Assembly: GCA_030059665.1 (NCBI GenBank)
Contig: JANVYR010000002.1
Coordinates: 96,001-160,000, forward strand
Reading direction: 5' to 3'
Origin: Candidatus Calditenuis fumarioli
Lineage (GTDB): Archaea > Thermoproteota > Nitrososphaeria_A > Caldarchaeales > Calditenuaceae
Length of the DNA: 64,000 bases
The notes under the pieces were generated by a model. It saw only the letters and a list, made by a program, of their open reading frames with translations. It was not told where the DNA came from and did not search any database. Positions within the stretch are counted from its first letter, which is position 1; each line of letters begins with the position of its first letter. The position numbers and the translations under genes are program-made. This document shows, in pieces, positions 22,773-30,515 of this stretch.

Positions 22773-23364
22773 TTAATGCTTCGCGGCCCGGTGATCTGTC
22801 CTTCTCGGCTCCGGCAAGGGCCTCCTCCCTCCTCCGGAGTACCACCTTTCGCCGCGGATGAGGCACCACCCTCAGCCTGGCATCGGGGAAGCTGATCCTG
22901 AAGACGAGTCCGTCGAGGAGCCTGTCCAAGAAGACCGCCAACGCGGCCACCTCGCTGTGCGGCTGGTTCCCGATCGAGACGTTCAGGTCCGCGAGCTCGT
23001 AAACCTCCCTGGGCACCTTGCTCGACCCGACGACCACTACCATGTTCCTCTCCGACAAGGCCCTCCTAAGCTCCTCGAGGACCTCCGGCAGCGGCACGCC
23101 GTACATCGTCAGGTGGACGACTAGGTCGCCCCGCGACTTGGCAGACCTTAGGTACTCCCTCCAGTCCCCCACGTACTGGACCTCGAAGGGCCCTCCCCAG
23201 ACCTCGGTGACCCGCCTCAGCGACTCCAGCACTCCCGGATCGTAGTCCCCTGCGATCGCGATGCCTTTCGCGCCGAAGGCCCTCGCCGTCAGCCCGACGT
23301 GGGTCGTGACCCTCTCGTCCCTTCCGATCCTGTGCGATAGCCTGAGGACGGTGATCCCGCTCAT
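22756..23364 (-). CDS. trm56: tRNA (cytidine-56-2'-O)-methyltransferase aTrm56
   Basis: LRLSHRIGRDERVTTHVGLTARAFGA, VHLTMYG, IGNQPHSEVAALAVFLD; ATG overlaps the tfe stop (ATGA). Confidence 0.93.
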   Translation of the reverse strand: MSGITVLRLSHRIGRDERVTTHVGLTARAFGAKGIAIAGDYDPGVLESLRRVTEVWGGPFEVQYVGDWREYLRSAKSRGDLVVHLTMYGVPLPEVLEELRRALSERNMVVVVGSSKVPREVYELADLNVSIGNQPHSEVAALAVFLDRLLDGLVFRISFPDARLRVVPHPRRKVVLRRREEALAGAEKDRSPGREALNVGND

Positions 23365-23870
23365 CTCAGGAACCTCTGGAGCTGCTCGATCTTCTCGTCG
23401 ACCGCCTCCAGCAGCTCGCGCGGATCGAAGGGTTCCAGCTGGCCTCCGCAGGTGGGGCACTTGAAGAAGTGGTCGACGGCGGATGAGAAGTCGAGCTTCC
23501 TGCAGGTGCTTTTGCCGCACCAGTAGACCTGGTTCTGCGAGTAGAAGTCCTTGATCATCTTCAGCCGCTCGACGATCCTGACCACCTGACCCCTGACCGA
23601 GCTGACCAGCTGGTCCGTGTGGATCCTCCACCTGAAGACCCTCCGGGCGTTCTCCTTGTCGTAGCTGACCACGTACGTCACCAGCGAGAGCTCCAGGAGC
23701 CTGTGGAGGACCTTCCTGACCTGCTTGATGTCCATCTGGAGCATCTCGGCGATCTCCATGTCCGAGACCTCGGGGTTCTCCATCAGGAGCGCCGCCACCC
23801 TCCTCGCCTCCTCCCCTCCCAACACCTCGATCAGCTTCAGGGCGTCCTCCGGCTCGATGTAGAATACCAT
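23361..23870 (-). CDS. tfe: Transcription factor E (TFIIE-alpha homologue)
   Basis: wHTH (EIAEMLQMDIKQVRKVLHRL) plus FKCPTCGGQL zinc ribbon; conserved synteny with trm56. Confidence 0.92.
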   Translation of the reverse strand: MVFYIEPEDALKLIEVLGGEEARRVAALLMENPEVSDMEIAEMLQMDIKQVRKVLHRLLELSLVTYVVSYDKENARRVFRWRIHTDQLVSSVRGQVVRIVERLKMIKDFYSQNQVYWCGKSTCRKLDFSSAVDHFFKCPTCGGQLEPFDPRELLEAVDEKIEQLQRFLR

Positions 23871-24023
23871 CCCGTGGCCTCCAACAAGTAATTGCTGCAT
23901 CGCTCCGTAAAAAGGTCGTGTTCCGACGGGTTGTTGGTCTGCCCACGCGGTAATACCGGTTTTACCTCGCCCAGCGCTCAACGGGCCTCCGTTATTATGC
24001 TGGTCCTGTCTGGTCACGTGGGA

Positions 24024-25751
24024 ATGGAGAGGCTCCGCGCGACCGAGGCCGCTGCCCTCCAGAGGAGACCCGCGTACATCACGGAGGTGGTGCTCGAGAA
24101 CTTCATGTCGCACGAGTACTCCCGCATCCGCCTCACGCCCGGCATCAACCTGATAACCGGCCCCAACGGCGCCGGCAAGTCGTCGATACTGCTGGGGATC
24201 GCGGTGGCGCTGGGTCAGAGCTACACCGAGCGCGGCGAGCGGCTCGCGGACCTGATCAGGAGGGGGAAGGACTCGGCCAGGGTCACGGTCACGTTCGACA
24301 ACAGACCCGTCGACGGCGAGCGCCCCATCAAGCAGATCCCTTCAGACACCGTCTCGATCACCCGCTACATCAGGAGGCAGGGCGAGTACTGGTACTACGT
24401 CAACAACCGCTTCCGGACGAAGGCTGAGGTCGAGCAGCTGCTGAGGTCGATCGGCATCAACCCGAACAACCTGCTGATCGTCATGCACCAGAACATGATC
24501 GAGGAGTTCGCCTCCCGCGACGACGCGGAGAAGCTGAGGATGTTCGAGGAGGCCGTCGGGATATCCGCGCTGAGGGAGAGGATCTACCAAGCGCAGGAGA
24601 AGCTCTCGGCCCTGATGGGTGAGGCCAGCGCGGTCAGGAAGGCCCTGGAGGAGGCGAGGGCCGCGGTCGAGTTCTGGAGGAAGGAGATGGAGAAGCTGAA
24701 CGAGCGCCGTGAGCTGGAGCGCAGGAGGTCGCAGCTCGAGCTGGAGTACCTGTACAGCCTCGTGAGGCAGACGGAGCTCGCGATAGAGAGGAAGCGGGGC
24801 TCCCTCACATCCGTCAGGTCGGAGCTCGAGGCCCTCAGGGCCAGGGCGTCGGAGCTGAGGTCCGAGGTCGCGAGGATGAGGGAGGAGCTGCTCAGGAGCG
24901 TCGATCGAGGCAGCCGCTCACCGGAGATCGCCTCGGTCCTTGACGCCCTGATACAGCGGGCCGTAGAGAAAGGGGTGGCGGAGTACAGGGTGGCGGTCCT
25001 GGAGCGGGAGGAGAGGGAGCTGGAGCGCGACATCAGGGCGCTCGAGCGGGAGCTGGAGGAGAGGTTGAGGAGCGCTTCCTCCAAAGGGCCGCGCGTCGAG
25101 ACCTCCAGGGAGCCCAGCGAGGTCCTCGAGGAGCTCAAGTTCGTCACGCTCCAGCTCTCATCGACGGGCCCGGTCGTGGCCGAGGCGGAGGAGATGTTCT
25201 TCGCTGCGGACTCGAAGTACCGTCAGATGGAGATCAGGGCGCAGGAGCTTGAGGCCAACGTCAGGAAGGCGATGGAGGAGCTCGAGTACCGGAAGAGGCT
25301 TTGGAGGGAGAAGATGAGGGAGCTGATCGAGGAGCTCAGCCCCATCTACGACTCCATCCTCTCCGCCGCAGGAGGCACCGGCTCCATCCGGGTCGCCAAC
25401 CTCGACGACCCCCTCAACGCTAGGCTCGAGCTCTTCGCGGGCTTCAGGGGGAACCCTCCCACGCTGCTGGACGCCCAGACCCACAGCGGAGGCGAGAGGG
25501 TTTTGGCGACCATGGCCTTCCTCCTCGCGGCCCAGTCCCGGATCAGGTCGCCCTTCAGGGCGGTCGACGAGTTCGACGTCCACCTCGATCCCCTGAACAG
25601 GGAGATGGTGATGCGGATGCTGGTCGAGACGGCCAAGCGCAACGAGGGCGTTCAGTACCTGATCATAACTCCCGGAAGGGTCCCGGAGCTGGAGGGGATG
25701 AACGTGATCGTGGTCCAGAGCGTCTCCGGTCGCTCCTTCGTCACCCAGTGA
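24024..25751 (+). CDS. Short SMC-family ATPase without hinge or zinc hook (ClsN/archaeal SMC-related, Smc5/6-like motifs)
   Basis: LENFMSH, Walker A GPNGAGKSS, Q-loop MHQN, central coiled coil, signature HSGGE, Walker B/D-loop SPFRAVDEFDVHLD; ~575 aa. Confidence 0.9.
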   Translation: MERLRATEAAALQRRPAYITEVVLENFMSHEYSRIRLTPGINLITGPNGAGKSSILLGIAVALGQSYTERGERLADLIRRGKDSARVTVTFDNRPVDGERPIKQIPSDTVSITRYIRRQGEYWYYVNNRFRTKAEVEQLLRSIGINPNNLLIVMHQNMIEEFASRDDAEKLRMFEEAVGISALRERIYQAQEKLSALMGEASAVRKALEEARAAVEFWRKEMEKLNERRELERRRSQLELEYLYSLVRQTELAIERKRGSLTSVRSELEALRARASELRSEVARMREELLRSVDRGSRSPEIASVLDALIQRAVEKGVAEYRVAVLEREERELERDIRALERELEERLRSASSKGPRVETSREPSEVLEELKFVTLQLSSTGPVVAEAEEMFFAADSKYRQMEIRAQELEANVRKAMEELEYRKRLWREKMRELIEELSPIYDSILSAAGGTGSIRVANLDDPLNARLELFAGFRGNPPTLLDAQTHSGGERVLATMAFLLAAQSRIRSPFRAVDEFDVHLDPLNREMVMRMLVETAKRNEGVQYLIITPGRVPELEGMNVIVVQSVSGRSFVTQ

Positions 25752-25823
25752 TCCTCCCGGATCACCCAAGGAGGCCGCACGGCAAAGGTTCTTGAGCGAT
25801 TCCAGAGGCCTCATGGAGGGCGG

Positions 25824-26549
25824 ATGAAGGGGATCGAGGTCAGGCGGGAGGAGCTGATGAGGATGATCTCCTCGCTGGAGGCGGTGCTGAGGATGAAGGT
25901 TGAGCCCTTCACGGTCGAGGTCCGGCCTCTGCTGGAGAGGCTCAGGCGGATCGTCGAGGAGAACAGGGACGCGGAGACGCTCGTGCTGGACGCGGAGGCC
26001 CTCTACAGGGTATCGGTGGTTCTGGCGCTTCAGCAGAAGGCCATAGTCCAGTCGGCCTCCTCCCTCTTCGTCGACGCCCAGATCGTCGCATCCAAGGTCA
26101 TCGGTTCTCCCCCCGTCGCGCTCGCAGGGGTCTTCCTCCTCGCCTGGCGCCCGCTCGTCAGGATCGAGCAGGTCTCTAACCCCTTGCTGCTCAGGGGGTA
26201 CGAGCACTTCCTCTCGCTCCCGACGAGGGGTGTGGTGCAGCCCGAGCCGACAAGCGGTGGGGCCGTCGGTGCAGAGTGGGCCGTCCACGAGCAGCGGTTC
26301 GAGGAGGAGCTCAAGCGGCTGCTGGAGGAGCTCAGATCGAGGGGCGACTGGGTGGATTACTGGAGCTTCCTCTCCGAGGTCGGCGGTTCCAGCAGGGCCA
26401 AGGTCGCGTACCTCCTGAGCTTCCTGATCACCCGCGGCGACGTCGAGGTCAGGTACAACCCCCTCACCGAGGAGCTCAGGATCAGGGCTGCCGAGAGGCG
26501 GGAGGATTCCGGCGACCAGAGGACCTCCCTCGTGGTCACGGTGAGGTGA
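25824..26549 (+). CDS. Kleisin (ScpA-like)
   Basis: N-terminal VEPFTVEV resembles the kleisin DPWxIDI motif; C-terminal wHTH YLLSFLITRGDVEVRYNPLTEELRI; follows the SMC gene. Confidence 0.7.
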   Translation: MKGIEVRREELMRMISSLEAVLRMKVEPFTVEVRPLLERLRRIVEENRDAETLVLDAEALYRVSVVLALQQKAIVQSASSLFVDAQIVASKVIGSPPVALAGVFLLAWRPLVRIEQVSNPLLLRGYEHFLSLPTRGVVQPEPTSGGAVGAEWAVHEQRFEEELKRLLEELRSRGDWVDYWSFLSEVGGSSRAKVAYLLSFLITRGDVEVRYNPLTEELRIRAAERREDSGDQRTSLVVTVR

Positions 26550-26555
26550 TGAGCC

Positions 26556-27212
26556 CTGTCCGTCGAGCCGTTCGATGAGGGATCGGCGGAGCAGCCGGAG
26601 GAGGTCGTCTCAGATCGAGAGCTGACCAAGCTGGAGCGGAAGGTGGCCATCGCCGCTGCACTGATCCTGACCTCTGGCCACAGGCAGCCCGGGGTCAGGG
26701 GCTGGGAGCTCAGGAGGAGGCTCGGCAAGAACTACCCCAAGGTGCTCGAAGCGCTCGACTCCAGGCTTAAGCGGATAGGGTTGAGGCTCAAGGTGGTCCA
26801 CGAGGACGATTCTCAGGATCCAGATAGGGCCAGGTACTACGTGGTGGTAGCCGAGCCGCTCGCGCTATCGGACCTGACGACGCTGGGCTACAGCATCGAC
26901 GAGGTCGCTGTCTTGGCCGCAACGCTCGCCTACCTGTATGCCTCCAACGACAGGAGGCCCTACAAGGAGGTCGTGGAGCTGCTGGAGACCAAGTACCCCA
27001 AGTGGCGGGTAGAGAGCATACTGGAACGTTTGATCAGGAGGGGCTATCTCGTCAGGACCGAGGACGACCAGCTGGTAGTCGGCTGGAGGTCGAGGGTCGA
27101 GGTCGACAAGCAGGAGCTGCTGAGGGCAATCGCCTCCCTCGGCAAGTTCCCGTCCGGCGAGCAGCCCCCTCAACCCGAGGCCGACAGCGCACCGAGCGAG
27201 GACCAGACGTAG
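26556..27212 (+). CDS. Tandem winged-helix KITE-like protein (Nse1/Nse3/MAGE-like)
   Basis: Two wHTH-like halves and C-terminal LVVGWRSRVEV resembling the GPR-x3-E motif of Nse1/Nse3. Frame is open upstream of the tracked GTG (26643) back to CTG 26556, which follows a GAGGTGA RBS-like sequence. Confidence 0.6.
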   Translation: MSVEPFDEGSAEQPEEVVSDRELTKLERKVAIAAALILTSGHRQPGVRGWELRRRLGKNYPKVLEALDSRLKRIGLRLKVVHEDDSQDPDRARYYVVVAEPLALSDLTTLGYSIDEVAVLAATLAYLYASNDRRPYKEVVELLETKYPKWRVESILERLIRRGYLVRTEDDQLVVGWRSRVEVDKQELLRAIASLGKFPSGEQPPQPEADSAPSEDQT

Positions 27213-27826
27213 ACCATGTAGAGGCCTGCCGCGAGCAACACGAACCTCCCAAGGTACCACGTGTATCTGGTCGCGCCGGAGAACTTCCTGATCGCCCTGC
27301 CACCGATCAGCGAGAGGGCCAGCACCAGCGCTCCCACCGGCAGCAACATGCCTGCTGAGTACGCCGCCAGCAGCGGAACCGAGCCCTCCGGTCCCAGCAG
27401 AGCTGAGTACAGGACCAGAACCAAAAAGGTGGGAAGGGCGCAACCGGCAGCTCCGAACGCGTAGAGCGCACCGGCCGCGACCATCCTGAAAGAGCTTCGA
27501 CTGCCGATCAGCAGCGGACCAGCGAGCCCGAGGCCCGACCTGCCAGCGAGGGCCAGCGCCACAGTACCGGCCCCTGCCACTAGCGTCATGTGGGGCATGA
27601 CCGGTGCGAGCGCGAACTTAGCGGTGGATGCTGCCAGCGTAAGGATCGCCAGCGTGCCGATCGATCCCATCGCCATCATGAGGAACCTCCTCAGCGCCTC
27701 CCTCGCGGTCGGGGTTCCGGAACCTCCGTAGAGCACGAGCGCCGGGAGCAGCGAGTAACCGCAGGGCGTGAGGACGGTCGAGAGGCCCGCGAGGAAGGCC
27801 GTGACGACCATCACAGGGTCAGGCAT
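27170..27826 (-). CDS. CcdA/DsbD-family transmembrane disulfide reductant transporter
   Basis: LTPCGYSLLP and AAGCALP cysteine pair in ~6 transmembrane helices. Confidence 0.85.
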   Translation of the reverse strand: MPDPVMVVTAFLAGLSTVLTPCGYSLLPALVLYGGSGTPTAREALRRFLMMAMGSIGTLAILTLAASTAKFALAPVMPHMTLVAGAGTVALALAGRSGLGLAGPLLIGSRSSFRMVAAGALYAFGAAGCALPTFLVLVLYSALLGPEGSVPLLAAYSAGMLLPVGALVLALSLIGGRAIRKFSGATRYTWYLGRFVLLAAGLYMVYVWSSLGALSASG

Positions 27827-27827
27827 C

Positions 27828-28832
27828 TCATCCACCGCCAGAGCTGCGTGCGACCGCCTCGAGCGCAGCGGCAAGCTCCGACGGCGAGAAGACGCCCCAC
27901 CTCCTCTCGTAGACGACCCGCCCGTCTGGATCGAACCCGAGCAGCGTCTCCTGCGAAACCACCTTCAGGTCGTTCAGGAACTGGATGTTGGCCGTCACGT
28001 AGATCCAGTCGTCTGGCAGGTTCATCCTTCGCTTGAAGTCGAGCACGTCATCGTCCGAGTCGCTCGGGTCGAAGCTCTTCGCAACCACCGTCACTTTTCC
28101 CCTGTACGGCTCGTAGGCCTTCGCAGCGTTCCGGACGTTCGTCGAGCACGTGGGGCACCAAGTCGCGAAGAAGATCACCAGCACCGGCCTTCCCCTCGAT
28201 AGGAGCTCCCGGAGCGTCACGGTCCCGCCTCCTACCAGCCTGAGGGGCCTGTCGAGGTAGACCGGTTCGTGCATGCCCTCGTGGGTCTGAACGTACCGCT
28301 GCGTCTCACCACCGCGCAGAAGCGAGGCGTACTTCTCCACCAGAGCCTCCCAGGAGAGGAGCTGACCTCCCGAGCTGATCGCGTGCTCCGAGGCCGCCGA
28401 GATCTCCCTGAAGGCCACGATGCCCGACCCCATCGGCGTCCTCACAGACGAACCCATGACGAACCACGCGCCCTCCGCAGAGACGGGCCGTCCAGTAGTC
28501 AGGTCGTGCACGACCACCTTCTCGACCTCGGAGAACCTGAGGCCGATCAGTTTGCCGGAACCCCTGATCCTTCCGGTCCCGACGAGGTAGAAGACCAAGA
28601 GGCAATAGATGTCGTCGAACCTCAGCGTTCTGCCGTCGGCCAGCATCGCCCCCGCGAACCTCCTGTCACGTATCGGCATCTCGCAGTAGTCGCAACGATC
28701 CTCTCCCTCTCGAATGAGCTCCTCCTGGTTCCACTCGGTTGTTCTCCTGAAGAAAAGGAAGGAGGCGATCAGGACCGCGGCCGATCCTATTGTTGCGAGG
28801 AACTCCCTGCGCCCGAGCCTCACCGGAGGCAT
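27828..28832 (-). CDS. TAT-exported NosL-type copper chaperone fused to a thioredoxin-like domain
   Basis: RREFL twin-arginine motif, CDYCEMPI, FDDIYC, TPMGSG, His-containing linker, then FFATWCPTC. Confidence 0.8.
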   Translation of the reverse strand: MPPVRLGRREFLATIGSAAVLIASFLFFRRTTEWNQEELIREGEDRCDYCEMPIRDRRFAGAMLADGRTLRFDDIYCLLVFYLVGTGRIRGSGKLIGLRFSEVEKVVVHDLTTGRPVSAEGAWFVMGSSVRTPMGSGIVAFREISAASEHAISSGGQLLSWEALVEKYASLLRGGETQRYVQTHEGMHEPVYLDRPLRLVGGGTVTLRELLSRGRPVLVIFFATWCPTCSTNVRNAAKAYEPYRGKVTVVAKSFDPSDSDDDVLDFKRRMNLPDDWIYVTANIQFLNDLKVVSQETLLGFDPDGRVVYERRWGVFSPSELAAALEAVARSSGGG

Positions 28833-28836
28833 CGCG

Positions 28837-29316
28837 TCACTGCTCGACTATCACCGTTCCGGTCATCCACGGGTGGAGGTTGCAGTAATAGTCGAACCTG
28901 CCAGGCTTTGTGAAGGTGAACGAAACCGACTGACCGGGGTTAACGGATGGGAAGTTGAACGACCCGTCCCTGGCCACAACCGCATGCGTGACGTCGTCCT
29001 CGTTCACCCATACCACCGTGTTGTTAACGCCGATCTTGACCTTGACGACCTGCGGCTCGAAGGTCAGGTTCGGGTTCGTCCCGGAGCCTTTGGGGTTGAT
29101 CACGGTGACCCTGCCGGATGCCTGCGGCGTGGTGCGCTGCGTCGTCTGCTGCACGGCAGTCGTGGTCTTAGTTTGGATTTGCGTGGTTTGAGGAGTGGTA
29201 ACCCTCGTGGTTTGCTCCGCAGGAGCCCGTGGCGGCTGGGCTGACAGGTACAGGTAGATCGCTGCGCCCGCGATCACGAGGACCGCGAGCACCGCCATTG
29301 CCGAGACGTTCCTCAT
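28837..29316 (-). CDS. Membrane-anchored cupredoxin (plastocyanin/amicyanin-like)
   Basis: N-terminal TM helix, Thr/Gln-rich linker, VTH...YYCNLHPWMTG type-1 Cu ligands. Confidence 0.92.
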   Translation of the reverse strand: MRNVSAMAVLAVLVIAGAAIYLYLSAQPPRAPAEQTTRVTTPQTTQIQTKTTTAVQQTTQRTTPQASGRVTVINPKGSGTNPNLTFEPQVVKVKIGVNNTVVWVNEDDVTHAVVARDGSFNFPSVNPGQSVSFTFTKPGRFDYYCNLHPWMTGTVIVEQ

Positions 29317-29333
29317 GGGTCCGTCACCTCAAC

Positions 29334-30392
29334 TCACTCCTCGACTATCAGAAGGCCTATCATGCCGGCGTCGGCGTGGCTGACCACATGGCAGTGGAAC
29401 AGGTAGACTCCGGGCTTCGTGTAGGTGACCTCAACGGTGTCCGCAGCTCCGGGCACGAGGGGGACGACCTGCGCCGGCCACGACCTTCCTCCCAGCACCC
29501 ACTTGGACTTCAGGTCCCCGACGTGGAGGTGCCAGCTGTGGTAGATGTCGCCGATGTTGACGATGTGGAACCTGATCTTCTCGCCGACCTTCGCCTTGAA
29601 GACCGGGAAGGACTTGTTGAAGAGCTGCGCCACGCCCTCGAGTCCCTTCAGGTTGGGGAAGATCTTGCTCTTTCCGGTGTAGACCAGCTCTAGCTCAGGC
29701 TCCCCTCCCGGCAGGCCCTTCCCGTTCATGATGTAGAAGGGCCTCGGACCCTCGCCCGTTATAGCACCGGGAACCGAAGGAAGCTCTGACATGAAGACCA
29801 CGAACTCCCTCGCCGGCGGCTCGTCGAAGTCGTAGACGATGATGGCTCCGTAGAGGCCCATCAGCATGTGGTCAACTATCCTCAGACCTCCTCCGGCCAC
29901 CGGACCTCCCGAGTGGCAGTGGTAGTACCAAATTCCGGGCTTAGTTGCAGGCCACTCGTAGACCCACTCTCCTCCCGGAGGTATCATCGATCCCTTTCCG
30001 ACACCTGTCAGGATGTTGATCTGGCTGCCGTCGTGCTGGAGGTCGTAGTACGGCATATGCGGGTGGAGGCTGTGGGTGAGGTTCAGCTTGTTCACGGCCC
30101 TGACCCTGATGAGGTCGCCGACCCTCGCCACCAGCGTCGGTCCGGGAACGGTGCCGTTGTACGTCCACGCGTGCCACACCACACCCGGCGCGATCTCTAT
30201 GTCAGCCCCTTTGATCTCGATGTAGTACTCCCTCACCTGACCCGTTTGAGCCTGCACCGGAACGCCGACCTGCCTCGCGAGCTGCGTCATCACCGGCGAG
30301 ACGTACGGGGCCACCAGAACGCCGATCACGACGCCCGCAGCCACCAGCAGCAGGAAGAGCAACACCGTTCTTCCCTGATTTGTTCCCGACAT
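29334..30392 (-). CDS. Two-domain multicopper oxidase
   Basis: HSLHPH and YHCH...HMLMGL in domain 1; HSWHLH and FHCHVVSHADAGM in domain 2; N-terminal anchor. Confidence 0.9.
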   Translation of the reverse strand: MSGTNQGRTVLLFLLLVAAGVVIGVLVAPYVSPVMTQLARQVGVPVQAQTGQVREYYIEIKGADIEIAPGVVWHAWTYNGTVPGPTLVARVGDLIRVRAVNKLNLTHSLHPHMPYYDLQHDGSQINILTGVGKGSMIPPGGEWVYEWPATKPGIWYYHCHSGGPVAGGGLRIVDHMLMGLYGAIIVYDFDEPPAREFVVFMSELPSVPGAITGEGPRPFYIMNGKGLPGGEPELELVYTGKSKIFPNLKGLEGVAQLFNKSFPVFKAKVGEKIRFHIVNIGDIYHSWHLHVGDLKSKWVLGGRSWPAQVVPLVPGAADTVEVTYTKPGVYLFHCHVVSHADAGMIGLLIVEE

Positions 30393-30469
30393 CAATTACA
30401 ACTGCTTTTCGCTTTATGATAAACCTGTAGTTATAATGAATCTCAATTTGTGAAGGCAGCGTAGCGAAC

Positions 30470-30487
30470 TGTACGCAATTGCATACA
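30470..30487. promoter_or_regulatory. Imperfect palindrome upstream of the copper operon (candidate operator)
   Basis: TGTACGCAATTGCATACA, 16/18 self-complementary, in the AT-rich intergenic region. Confidence 0.4.
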
Positions 30488-30515
30488 ACTGTGTACCACC
30501 AGCTGACTCGAGGCG

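Noticed and set aside
24024-27212. Wadjet (JetABCD) or Rad50/Mre11 assignment
   Set aside because: No TOPRIM nuclease or Mre11 neighbour, no zinc hook, ATPase much shorter than JetC, housekeeping context.
29334-30392. Copper nitrite reductase NirK
   Set aside because: Both domains have HxxHxH and HCH trinuclear-cluster motifs, unlike the NirK ligand pattern.
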